From Microbotryum violaceum (Eukaryota): a stretch of DNA of 64,000 nucleotides. Under the pieces are notes generated by a model, which was given only the letters and a program-made list of their open reading frames with translations, was not told where the DNA came from and did no database searches. Where the stretch lies: NCBI GenBank assembly GCA_001244265.2, contig CDLV01000019.1:310001-374000 (forward strand), given 5' to 3'. Below, piece by piece: positions 12,107 through 23,533 of this stretch (position 1 is its first letter; every line of letters begins with the position of its first letter). A program made the position numbers and the translations under genes.

Positions 12107-13757
12107 TTCGGTGCCGCCAACCGACTTCAGTGATTGAACTTGAAGTTCACCCGGGCCCGGGCCCACTCTCTTTCGGTGAGCTGGTCAGGTCGAAAACTGA
12201 ATTCCACCAGATTTTGATCCTAGGTGACGGTCACCGCAGTGTCACCAATTCCTAGTCCATGCCTCAGCCTGGCCTTGCATGACCGCCCATAATCTTTTGT
12301 TTATAAGCCCTCAATCTGCTGACTCAGAGAGCTCTGAGCCCTGGCCTTCCTCCAGAATTAAGAGTCCGCCAAAAGAAAAGCTGGAGTAGACCTCAACAAG
12401 GGCGACTTTAGTAGGTAAGGGACAGATTTGGTCAGTGATCGGATGTTCTGATGTTGGTGCTCAGCTTGGTTGGTGTCAGCGGAAGCTGACTCGGAGCTGT
12501 GCCGAAGTACACGGTACACCATCAGGCTGATGCGAAAGCCGGATCCAACCCGACCCATGATCGACATCCGAGAGTAGTGATTGAGCAACAACTCCTTGAA
12601 ACCATCGCTGCCGGTCGGCGGAGTCCTCTCAGTAGTATTTAATTGACCGCTGATCGGTTCGAGTCGCCCTGCCAGTCGCCACCCGCCACTATAAGAGTGT
12701 CACACATGGCAAACACAAACCGGTGAGATTCCGCTGATTGTCGTATGGGGCAGGAAAACAACCACCTATCTAGGTACCTACGGGTAGGTAGGCGAACTAC
12801 ATCTTGAGAATCAAGCAACCCAGTCGCCATTACTTCTCTGAATGTTTTAAGTAATCCGCGGGAAGTCATCCGGCGACTGCGCACGCGCGCCCGTCACAAG
12901 TCACTGGACGAAAAAGAATCGATAGGCTGCGGCGGAAACCTTTTCTATTTATTTGATAGACTTCATCAACAGCATAATTACATTAATACCTAGAAATCTT
13001 CGGAAAAGTCGGTGACGCGCGATTACGCCTTTAAAGTGCCACAAGTGTCGAAATTAGTATTAGAGGTCTGTAAACCCAAATTCAATTATGGTATCCGAGC
13101 CAATCATGAAGACTCTAGTGGTAGGTATCCATGGTACCTAGGTGAACTCTTACGTACGCTATTGTGTTGACTTGTGAAGACCGCATCAGGGTGTACAGAG
13201 CTGAGGATATAGGAGCCCGAGGGTATTCCACAGAGGTGTCTGTCGGAGAAGTCTTTTACGCGATTCGGAGCCGGGGTTTTCCGTGCGAAGTCCGCCCAGC
13301 CGACCGCTGAGCAAGTGCTCGAAAACTGTGCCTTTCAGCACTGAGAAAAAGGTCATTTCGGGAAGTAAATTCTGATATGTAGCATCGTCAAGTGACAACA
13401 AAAAAAGTGCAGATGTCAGTTTCCACCTGGATTAAGTAGATACCTGTAGCGCTAAAGCAGGCTGGCAGTCCAAGTTATTCATCTGTTTGCAATCGAGAGA
13501 CGCGGTCGGCGAGGTCTCAGATGGTGCCCCTCCCTTGTAACGACGCAGGCGTCGGGCCTTTTTTTTGAGCGCCTCTATACCAACAGGGCCGAACGGGGCG
13601 TGGTCATTGGTCTTCACTGCTCCGAGCCCGGCTCATTGTACCACCCTTCGAGGCTTTCTACTAGATCATCCACCAACCTATCCACCCCTCGACATTCACA
13701 TACACCCGTAGCAGCTCAAAGCGACCCCTCCGCACTTGACTCGAGGCTCCTCTCCTC

Positions 13758-16700
13758 ATGGGAGACCGCAGACCATACTTGGTCAACGATCCGGGATCGG
13801 CGGTGTCGGTCTGGCGGGAGACGATCACGGCCCGATCAGATCACTCTGAGTTGCGCGACTCATCGGACGCCGGTTTGATGACGGACGCAAACCGTACACC
13901 GTCATCTACGGTAGCTCCTCCAGCGATGTTTGAGCAATCTCAGGGCATGTTCATGCCCAGCGGAGAGGGTGCTGTGTCGACTCGACTCCCCGATCTCACT
14001 GTGGGCCTCGTCGACGCGCCAGCGTCGACATCCCCTGGGGCCAACCGGAGGCAGTCGGTCGCTTCGACGGGGACACACTCGACTCGACCTTCTTACGCTG
14101 AATCATTGAATCGGTTCAACAGTGGTCGTGATCAGGTGAGCGCTGATCACTTATGGTAGTCCACGGTTAACTGCAAGCGTGGTGAGGGCCGCACACCCAC
14201 TCCCGCCCGCCCGCGTCGCGACCTCGGGGTCCGGTGTATCATCAGACTGTGCCTACCGCAATGGTCGTCTTCTGCTACGCTTGGTAACATGCGGGCTCCA
14301 CGGCTTGAAGGATTTGTCAACATCCTGGATGACGGGAGTCGGCGCGTCAATCGTTGACAATCCAAGAAACTGATCTGTCTCCGTTACGGCCAACCTTCAG
14401 GCTCAACACGCCTACCCATCGCAACGCGGCGGCCAGGCGTTTCAAAACTTTCCACCCCATTATCCCGGTCCGGAAGTCTACTCCACAGATGCCCGGTCGA
14501 ACCAAAATGAACATGGACTCGCCCGGCACCCTCATGCTCAGCATATCAACGGCAAAGGAGGGGCTGCGCGCAGCAGCAATCAGGCTCACGCAACGCCGAA
14601 CTCGGCGGCTTTGGCACCCGCGTCGTGGTCGTCCCTTCCGCCTGGAAATCTTTTTGCACCCTCTACGACGCTATCGAATGGCCTTTCCAACAACGCATGG
14701 GAGTTCGTCACACCGGCCTCGTACCATTCCGACCCGAGCCATCAAACTCACCTCCCGCCTCCACGCCCAGGGGCCTACTATCCGTCGGTGCCCCAACATA
14801 ACATGCGACCCATCTTCAGCAATAATTTTAGCTATGTTCAACCGCTTGAGAATATTACAGTGCACTACCGACCGGCCACTGGTACTGAACAGTACCAAAG
14901 CGGTCAACTGCATCGGCAGAGCTTCCCAGGGGATACCAATTCCGGAGTCTTCTACCCTTCCAACCTGGGGGATACCACCTTCGGCCACATGACCAACACC
15001 GCGGCACCACGACAAGAGCGCCTGCAGTATGAGCAACACCCTCCGCTCATGAGCTACCTGCACGGAATGGCGGTTCGAACATCTTTGACCACGGCTGTGC
15101 CTACCGACGATCACGTTCGCGGCTCAAATGACCGAGTGACATACCTGGACCAGCGTACTATGCAACTCGACCGGTTCGGCGCAAGCTCCCGGGGACCTCA
15201 GTACGACGCGGTCAACCACCTCTCGGCGTCCAATATTTCGAACCTTGCAGAACGCGAGCGGCGTCTTCTCAAGCGCAAGGAGATGCACGCCCTGGAGCCG
15301 ACTTCGATGGTGAGCCGGATCCTCTTTTCACCGACCCAATCCATGGGTTGCTGACCCAGGACTATTTACGGCGTGTCAGTCGAACATGGAGCCCCCTACG
15401 ACTGGTCTGTCCGGTCTGACTGGGACCTTGGTGGCTCCCTCGTTCTCTCAAGAAATGCACGTGTCCCGAGACCCAGTCCATGCCGCAGCACCAGATGGCT
15501 CAGATTTGGCGGACGTGCTCGCCAAAGCGATGCGGATGCGTGCGAGATTGCGTGCTGCTCCACCGGTCCTCCCGTATAACCCCGCCCGGGAGCCTTCAGC
15601 TTCTGCAAAGCCGATCGTGCAGCGTGATGGAGTCAAGTACGCACTCATGATGAGTCCGGCTACCAATGGCGACGGCACGAGCAGGCTCTCGAAGGCGCGG
15701 CAGGCCGAAGTACCGGCAACGTGTCAGACTTGCGACAAACCGATGGCGAACTTGATGCTGCGCGGGAAGGATGTCGAATTTGCGCCTCAGGTCGAGTTCA
15801 AATGTCTTCCCTGCCTTTCGAGCAAAGTGGACGAGCCCCTTGCGGAAACGTTCATTTCGGTCAATAGCCAGAGTACGACACCCAGCGGAACACCACCGGT
15901 GCAAACAGCCGTTGGGAAATCCACGCCGGTGGAAGCAAGGGTCACATATGCCGATACGATGAGCGCCGAGATCGATCGCATGGAAGGACGCGAGGTCGCT
16001 GCCGTAGCGATCGAGCCGCCTGTCGAGGTGGGCCGAAACCTTCCGCCCCACATCAAGAAGCAAGCGTTCACGTGCGACATCTGTGATCGAATCATCGGGG
16101 CGGGACAGATCACATCAGCGACGACGCAGACTCTGCCAAGCTTTACGGTGGAAGTTCTTTGTCTCAACTGCATCGCCAAATACAAGCCTTGCTCTGATTG
16201 CGGCGGCGGCGGTGGGCGCTTGACACCCGGACGATGGAGGTGCAAGGAGTTGTTCCCCGCGGGCCGTCGCACGTGCCAGCTGTCGCATGCACGCAACCCA
16301 CCCCTGTCGGACATGGAGTTTGAAACCCTTTCGATCGTGGACATTCATCCGGACAAGTTGGATCAGCTCGAGGCGCGCTGTCGTCTGGTGTACTTTGATA
16401 CGAGGTTACGTTCGACCGCTCGACCGGAAGTACTGGAAACGGGAGATAGCTTAGCGTAAGTTGACAGTCACCTACAGGCCGCTTGACCCGCGCCAATGCT
16501 GAATTGGCTATTTGCATCTGTGTTGCTCACCAGGCTTACGTTCCGGGAGGCCGAGAACCAATGCATCGACCAATGGAACCTGCTGTCTTCGCTGCTACGC
16601 GAGGACATTGAGGAGTCAAGACTTATCCGCCGCTATATCGCCTTGCATTCGGCCACATCCCATCGACGCCGGGCCAAGTCCAAGGTCAAGACGCGGGAGG

Positions 16701-17353
16701 ATGGCACGGACGTCAGTCCTTCGTCTGCATCGCAGCCCGACGAGGAGGATTCATCAGCCCGGGAGAAGGAGGTGACGGGGTTCACGCTCATCGAGCACGA
16801 CCTCGTAAAGGGCGTTCTCTTCTACGCGGTCATCATGCCCTGGGCGGTGTCTGGTGAGGCCTTCGAGGCGACGTCAATCCTGGTCGGCAACTCGACGCGC
16901 AAAATCCAAGGGGATCTCGAATACCTCAACGCTCTGCGACGACGACATGGTCTTGCCGAGTACCCCAAATTGTCGGCCATGTGGAGTTTGACGCCTTTCC
17001 AGAAGGTCTCGCGGATGAGTCAATCCGTCACGCGGCGCCACTTTATGTTCTTCCACGACTACATGGAGGCCCATCCCGAGACGGACAAGACTGCTTTCCC
17101 ACCGTACCGAAAGACTCATATTCCGAATCAATGTGAGAAACGGCCTCTCATTTTGCCCAATGCGTTGCCTGCTCAGGGCTCGTTTCGGATCTCATATTGA
17201 CCTTCCCCCCGTCTTCTATCACCAGTTCTCAAAGCGTTCAACATCTTCGTCCGTCCCATCACATACGGCGACGAGCCTGTCGACATGAGCGCCAAAGAGG
17301 TCGACCACCAGAACCGACCCCGCATGCCAAAGCGAATCCGTCTCAACACTTAG
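13758..17353 (+). CDS. uncharacterised multi-exon protein with disordered N-terminus, several CxxC zinc-binding pairs and a globular C-terminal domain
   Basis: ORFs 14611, 15386 and 16496 and a final exon are joined by GT..AG introns (for example 15310-15379). The exon path from 13758 to 14611 was not fully resolved. Motifs CQTC, CLPC, CDIC, CLNC and CSDCGGGGGRLTPGRWRCKELFPAGRRTCQLSH. Last exon ends PKRIRLNT* at 17353. Confidence 0.7.
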
Positions 17354-17523
17354 ATTTCGAGACTGCAGCCCAAAGGTTTCATGCACCCGACATGTCATTT
17401 CGCTCCCACCAGATTGCTTCTCCTGTTGTTGTATACTTTGATTTGTTCAACCATAATGTTCAAAAAGGGGTTTGTTCATGATTGGCGAGCTATGACATGG
17501 CTCGAGGACTTTTGGGCCTGGGC

Positions 17524-18546
17524 TCAGCGCGAGCGGGCTGTACCGTCGCCGGCTCGCCTCAAGGAGTGATACTGAATTCGAGGAGGCGAAAGTCCGAACG
17601 CTTGAAGGGTGTCAAGGTAGAAGGAATGAGCCGATGCCGCAAAATCGGCGCTGAGATCGTCAAGATTTGACCCTGGCCGAGCGAGCTGGCTTCCATGGTC
17701 GTTGAACGTGCTATCGTCTGAGTTTTCCTCGCCACCCACCCGTTGCTTCTTTTCGACAGGAGGGAGGGAGGTGACTCGAGTGGTGTCTGGCTCAGACGAA
17801 AACTCTAGTATTTCCGTCGAAACCGAGGTGCCTTGCGACCTGTGAGTAGCAACTGCACTCTCTTGCATCGAAACATCCGAACCACCGACGACACTTCGCA
17901 TTCGCGACTGGCGACTTCCACTTGGGTTGGAAGGAGTCTCGACCTCATCAACCGACGATGTGCGACGCGATGAGGGGTCGGAGGTGTCGAGATCCGAATT
18001 CTCCCTCACCGTTGTCGTCGTTGGGGATGAGGACACGCCAGACTTCTCTTCACTTGGCTCAGAGTCGGCCATCGATTCTACCTGAGCCCAATCGAGCTGC
18101 GCCAGCAAGGCCTGTCGTAAAGCGCCGAGGTCGGCTGTGGCGGAAACTTGCAGGTGAAGTGACGACCATCTTGGGGGAGAAGCGGAGGGGGAAAATGCTT
18201 TATGGAGCCTCTTATTGGTGGAGCTGGAGGTGCGCATGTGCTCCTGTTTGCTCGGTCCCACCTCAGCCTGCCGCGCGAACGCGAAGTCAAATTGAGGCAT
18301 CATGGCGTTCGTCCGGGAACCGTTCACCTGTTCACCTATCCATCGCGAATTGATTCGTGACGAACTCGACATGCGATGAGTACCATATGGTGTGGTCGAA
18401 GTTTTATCTCTCTTCAGTCGACGGGCTTGCAAAGATGGTGTTCCCGTGGCATCGATTTGCCTGAGTGATGTCGTGAGGAAGGAGACCGTCGATCGTCGTA
18501 CGTCAGCGATGCCACTGCTTGAGCCAGCAATGAGTTCGGCTGACAA
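17524..18546 (-). CDS. hypothetical low-complexity Ser-rich protein
   Basis: 340-aa ORF with no recognisable domain; start uncertain. Confidence 0.4.
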   Translation of the reverse strand: MSAELIAGSSSGIADVRRSTVSFLTTSLRQIDATGTPSLQARRLKRDKTSTTPYGTHRMSSSSRINSRWIGEQVNGSRTNAMMPQFDFAFARQAEVGPSKQEHMRTSSSTNKRLHKAFSPSASPPRWSSLHLQVSATADLGALRQALLAQLDWAQVESMADSEPSEEKSGVSSSPTTTTVRENSDLDTSDPSSRRTSSVDEVETPSNPSGSRQSRMRSVVGGSDVSMQESAVATHRSQGTSVSTEILEFSSEPDTTRVTSLPPVEKKQRVGGEENSDDSTFNDHGSQLARPGSNLDDLSADFAASAHSFYLDTLQAFGLSPPRIQYHSLRRAGDGTARSR

Positions 18547-19186
18547 ACCTTTTGCTGGTATGCAGCACGTTACGATTCCTCCCTCCTCCAGTGTAATTGA
18601 CCGGCATTGACGAAGCTGGGGGCGAGTCGATGCAGCTGCTGGCGTGTGGGGGGGATGTCAGACGTCAGTCGGCGCAGTCCGCTCCCCGGAGTCGAGCTCC
18701 TCGTCTCCTTTCCGACTCATCGGCTTCCTTTCCGCCGCCCATGCGGGGGGATCGAGCGATGATGCCTAGACGCTGAGGCTGTATGATTATCTAGCTTTCA
18801 CTCGACCTAAAGAACTTACACCGAAAATTATTGTTTTGACTTAGCTTGCGCAGCCAGCAGGCTAGTTGAATAAAGACGTAGTCGAGCGTCGTGCCTGTAA
18901 ATCACGTCTAGAATGAAATAAATAGAAAATCCTTCCAATTTCGACTTAGCATACCGCCACGTCCTCCTGCAATCAATAATTGTAATTTAATGCAGCGGTA
19001 TCAACCAGTGCGGCAGGCTAGCGCATTCGCTGTGGCCTGACAAATCAGCGCAGATTGGTGCGACCGACGTCTGATGCTCAGTCAATCTCCTTGCCTCATT
19101 CCATCTCGATCGACTTACTCTCCCACTTCGTTGAGACTGTAGTCCTTCACTTTGACAGCTCCGTCTCCGTCTCCGTCTCATACTCA

Positions 19187-19250
19187 CCTCAACTCACCTC
19201 AACCCACCTCAACCCACCTCAACCCACCTCAACCCACCTCAACCCACCTC
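19187..19250 (+). repeat. 10-bp tandem repeat (CCTCAACCCA)n just upstream of the G6PD start
   Basis: About six near-perfect copies read directly. Confidence 0.9.
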
Positions 19251-19265
19251 ACCCCAAGCAACAGC

Positions 19266-21897
19266 ATGTCCAAGAAGACCACGGGTGACATCCCCTCGGC
19301 GGGCCGCTCGGGCGAGCACAGTCTCGAGACTAACACGGTCATCGTCGTACTCGGTGCCAGTGGTGATCTTGCCAAGAAGAAGGTGCGTTCCAAGCCATGC
19401 ATGGATGAACTGAACTTGGAAGCCAAATATGGGGAGTGATCTCCCGTATCCGCGGTGTGACCGTCGTTGCTCATTCCCGCGCCCCGGATGATGACGATGA
19501 CGGTCACGGCGCGGGCGGGGTGTGCAGCCCACACCGAGGGACGCCGCTCGGTCAGAGAGGCAGTCGAGCAACTCCCCCCACCTTGCGCCTGATGCATGCA
19601 AAAAATGTATTCCTCGAAGAGTATAGCTAATCTCGCATGGTACTATCTCATAGACCTTCCCCGCCCTTTTCGGTCTGTACAACAACGGCTTCTTGCCCAA
19701 GGGCATCCGCATCGTCGGCTATGCCCGCACAAAGATGGACGAGGAGGTCAGTATTCAAATCCCGCCAGTCCTTCACATTGCTCCTATGGCTCGAGACAGC
19801 CTCTTGTTTCTCCCGTTGCGACGCATGCCGCGCTTCAGCTTGGATGCGGCCAACGCCGAATGGCCGCGGAGTCTACGGCGCCTGCCTCCCGCCATTCGTT
19901 GATTAGCCGCCGCGGTCACTTGCTCGGGTCGCGTGCCAAAGGATGGTCGGACATCGCTTGCTGTCGACAATATGCCTCCCTTTAAATGAGATCGCCCGGA
20001 GGACCTGTCATCAGCCACTCGGTGATATGCCGCCGCACGCGGCGAACGGCGCTTCGGACCGCGCCAGTCCGGGCATACCGGCAACCCACCCGAGCTGGGA
20101 CTTGTCTTTGCCAACAGCTGCCAGGCATCGCAGTACGATAGGACTGAGCTGACACATGGAACTGCCCCTCCATTCACAGGAGTACCACAAGCGAGTTGTT
20201 CAGTACATCAAGACCCCAATTCCGGCCATGAAGAAGAAGCTCGAGGAATTCGTAGGCCTCTGCACCTACGTGTCGGGCCAGTACGATGACGATGAGAGTT
20301 TCCAAGGCCTCGAGAAGGAGCTCAAACGCATCGAAAGCGAATACGAGGACAAGGGTTCCAAGAACCGCGTCTTCTACATGGCCCTGCCCCCGAGTGTATT
20401 TACGACCGTCGCACAGCACCTCAAGACCAACAATTACTCGGAGGGTGGCATCAACCGAATCATCGTCGAGAAGCCGTTCGGCAAGGACTTGGAGAGCTCG
20501 CGTGAAATGCAGGAGGCGCTTAAGAAACAGTGGAAGGAAGACGAGGTGAGTCAAATGGATGCTAGAAGTATACGTGGACCGCACCGTTGTCTGACGACGA
20601 TGGCAACCTGGCACCCCGTGGCATTTCGTGACAGATCTACCGAATCGACCACTACCTTGGAAAGGAGATGGTCAAAAACTTACTTGTTCTTCGATTCGCC
20701 AACGTCATGCTTGATGCTTCTTTCAACAAGTCGCTCATCTCGAACGTGCAAATCACGTTCAAGGAACCTTTCGGTACCGAGGGTCGCGGCGGTTACTTTG
20801 ACGAGTTCGGAATCATCCGTGATGTTATGCAGAACCGTGAGCATTCAGTGATCTCTGCATTAATTTTTCTAGAAAGGCCTTGCAGCTCATACAGTCGTCG
20901 TATTCTCCCTCCCAGACTTGTTCCAAGTTCTCAGTATCCTTACCATGGAGCGACCTGTGTCATTCTCGTCCGAGGACATCCGAGATGAGAAGGTGCGTTC
21001 TGGTGGTCGATGTGGCTATATTTCTGAACGGGGTTCTAAGCGAGCATCTACGGCTTCGTGTTGCAGGTCAAGGTGCTTCGCTATATCCCTCCTCTTTCCG
21101 TCGAGGAGTGCTTGCTCGGGCAATACACTGGCGCCGAGACCAAGGACGGAAAGAAGCCCGGCTACCTTGAGGATGAGACCGTACCAAAGGGATCCATTTG
21201 CCCTACTTTTGCTGCTATTGTCGCCCACGTCAACAACCCGCGCTGGGAAGGGGTCCCCTTCATCCTCAAGGCCGGTAAAGGTGAGTGCGACGAGTAGGAC
21301 AGGTTCTTCGTTACATTGCTTATATTCCTCGACTTGCCTGCTCGCACTCCAGCTCTCAACGAACAAAAAACCGAGATTCGAATTCAGTACAAGGACGTGA
21401 CCGACGGTATTTTCGCCGAGATTACGCGCAATGAGCTTGTGATCCGAGTGCAGCCCAACGAGGCGCTGTACCTCAAACTCAACGCCAAGGCCCCAGGGTT
21501 GGCGATGCGCACGGTGCCGACCGAGATGGACTTGACGTACAAGCGCCGCTTCTCGGACCTCAAGATCCCAGAGGCGTACGAGGCGCTGATCCTCGATGCG
21601 TTCAAGGGCGACTCGGCCAACTTTGTGCGCGACGACGAGCTCGATATCGCGTGGAAGGTATTCACGCCGTTGTTGCACCACATTGACGAGAAGAAGCCCC
21701 AGCCCGAGCCGTACGAGTACGGATCGCGTGGGCCGGCATCGTTGGAGGACTTTGTCAACAAGCACGGTGGCTACACCCGCAGTGAGAAGCCTTACACGTG
21801 AGTTTTGCAACGCTTGTTCTCCCCAGTCACGGTGTGTTCAGCCCACTCATGGAGACTCCTTGACGAATGCAGGTGGCCCTCAACGTCGGTCCTGTAA
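19266..21897 (+). CDS. ZWF1: glucose-6-phosphate 1-dehydrogenase
   Basis: [82 protein letters not shown]. Multiple introns. Confidence 0.97.
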
Positions 21898-22327
21898 GGG
21901 TGCGAGGAACGCTACTATATCGGGTCCCTGTGGTTTTGCTCGGCAAATTGTGCCAATATATAGTCGAAGGACGATTATTCTGGGCTCCGTTTATTTGGTT
22001 TGCTCGTCGCCCTCTCGAGCTTGATACTTCAATGATCGTATAAATTGCAGTGCGAAACAATGTCCAAATTGTACCCCATTCGGTGCACCAGTGACCGACG
22101 GGGGCGCCTCTCTGACTTGGGCGAGGCAATTTTGTCCAGTTTTTGTCCAGGCGCGCGCGCGTGGGAGGTGGCTTCGCAAACGCCCTGCGCCGCGGGCTCA
22201 GCCCCCGATCTCCATCCACGACACTCCCAAGCCAACTACGCTAGTTCGCTGAATCGACTTTTTGGTCACCTTCTGACTTCATCTTTGCCCACCTCCTTCT
22301 CCCTCCAATCCCACCCGCCCTCTCAAG

Positions 22328-23249
22328 ATGAGTTACGTCGCCAAAAAGGAAGAGTTCGACTCGTCCGCGCCCGCGGTCAAGAGCCACAAGATCCGCATCA
22401 CCCTCACCAGCAGGAACGTCAAGAACCTCGAGAAGGGTGAGTGCTCTTTGCTGGGTATGAAAGGCTGGGGGTATCGGGTGAAGAGTGTCGGAGTGGTTTT
22501 GGTTTGGCTGGGGCGGTGTTGGGTGTATGGTACGCGGCGGGCCGGCGGTGCGATCAAAAATCGATGGCTGCTCCTGGCGCCTACATGAGCGTACATCGCG
22601 GATGTCCGGGCATCTGCACGGCACGCGTGAATGCTTTCGTATGCTTTCGAATGCAGTACGCGTCCTTGCGGCGTGTCTGTGCCCCGTGGATCTCGATCGA
22701 GTCAAATGGGCCCACCCAGCGCCTACCCGCGCCCCAACAGCACGCACCCGCATTTTTGAGCCAGGCCCCCCCCCCCCGACCAGCAACTCACCTCGTCCGC
22801 TCACTCGCTGATCTCCCCTTGTTCTCTCTCTTTCTAGTCTGCTCGGACTTGGTCAACCGCTCCAAGGACAAGCAATTGCGCGTCAAGGGCCCCGTCCGTC
22901 TCCCCACCAAAATCCTTCACATCACCACCCGCAAGTCGGTAAGTGATTAGTGGCCCATTTGGAGACCGGCTTGGCATGTTGCCAATCGCTGATGTACAAT
23001 CCCTCTTTATATTGCATCACAGCCTTGTGGTGAAGGATCCAAGACCTGGGACCACCTCGAGATGAAGATCTACAAGCGCCTCATCGACCTCGAGTCCCCT
23101 GCCGAGGTCGTCAAGCAGATCGTACGTTCTTCTCGGCTTCCACGGCTGCCCTTGCATCTCAGCAGCTGACCGCTACCTCCATCACTGTGATTCAGACTTC
23201 GATGTCGATCGACTCTGGCGTCGAGGTCGAGGTCACCATTGCCGCTTAA
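22328..23249 (+). CDS. RPS20: 40S ribosomal protein uS10 (S20)
   Basis: [19 protein letters not shown]...[25 protein letters not shown]...KRLIDL...VEVEVTIAA*. Three introns. Confidence 0.97.
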
Positions 23250-23533
23250 TTGCTTCGATGGTTGATGCATACAAGGACAAGGCTCGTTCCGTCCGGTTGG
23301 AACTTCTACCCGTGTTCTGCGGGGACGAGGTCTCCACGGCGAATCGAACTTTTTCTCTGCCTTTTTTTGAAGTTGTTTGTAGACGCTTCGGTTCCTTTCA
23401 TGTTACAAATTGCAAGGCATCATGCTCTTCACTTCTGCTACCACGGGATGCCCAGATACCTTGCTCAAGCGAGAAGAAGTAACCTACAGTCAATCAAAGT
23501 CCCTCGGGTTACAATTTGCTACTTGTCCCATCA

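Noticed and set aside
12769-13142. CTAGGTACC / GGTACCTAG inverted pair suggesting a second MITE
   Set aside because: A 9-bp, largely palindromic word; no convincing extension or TSD.
21016-21810. Long antisense ORFs over G6PD (and similar ones over the permeases and other genes)
   Set aside because: Expected shadows of GC3-biased coding sequence; no independent motifs.
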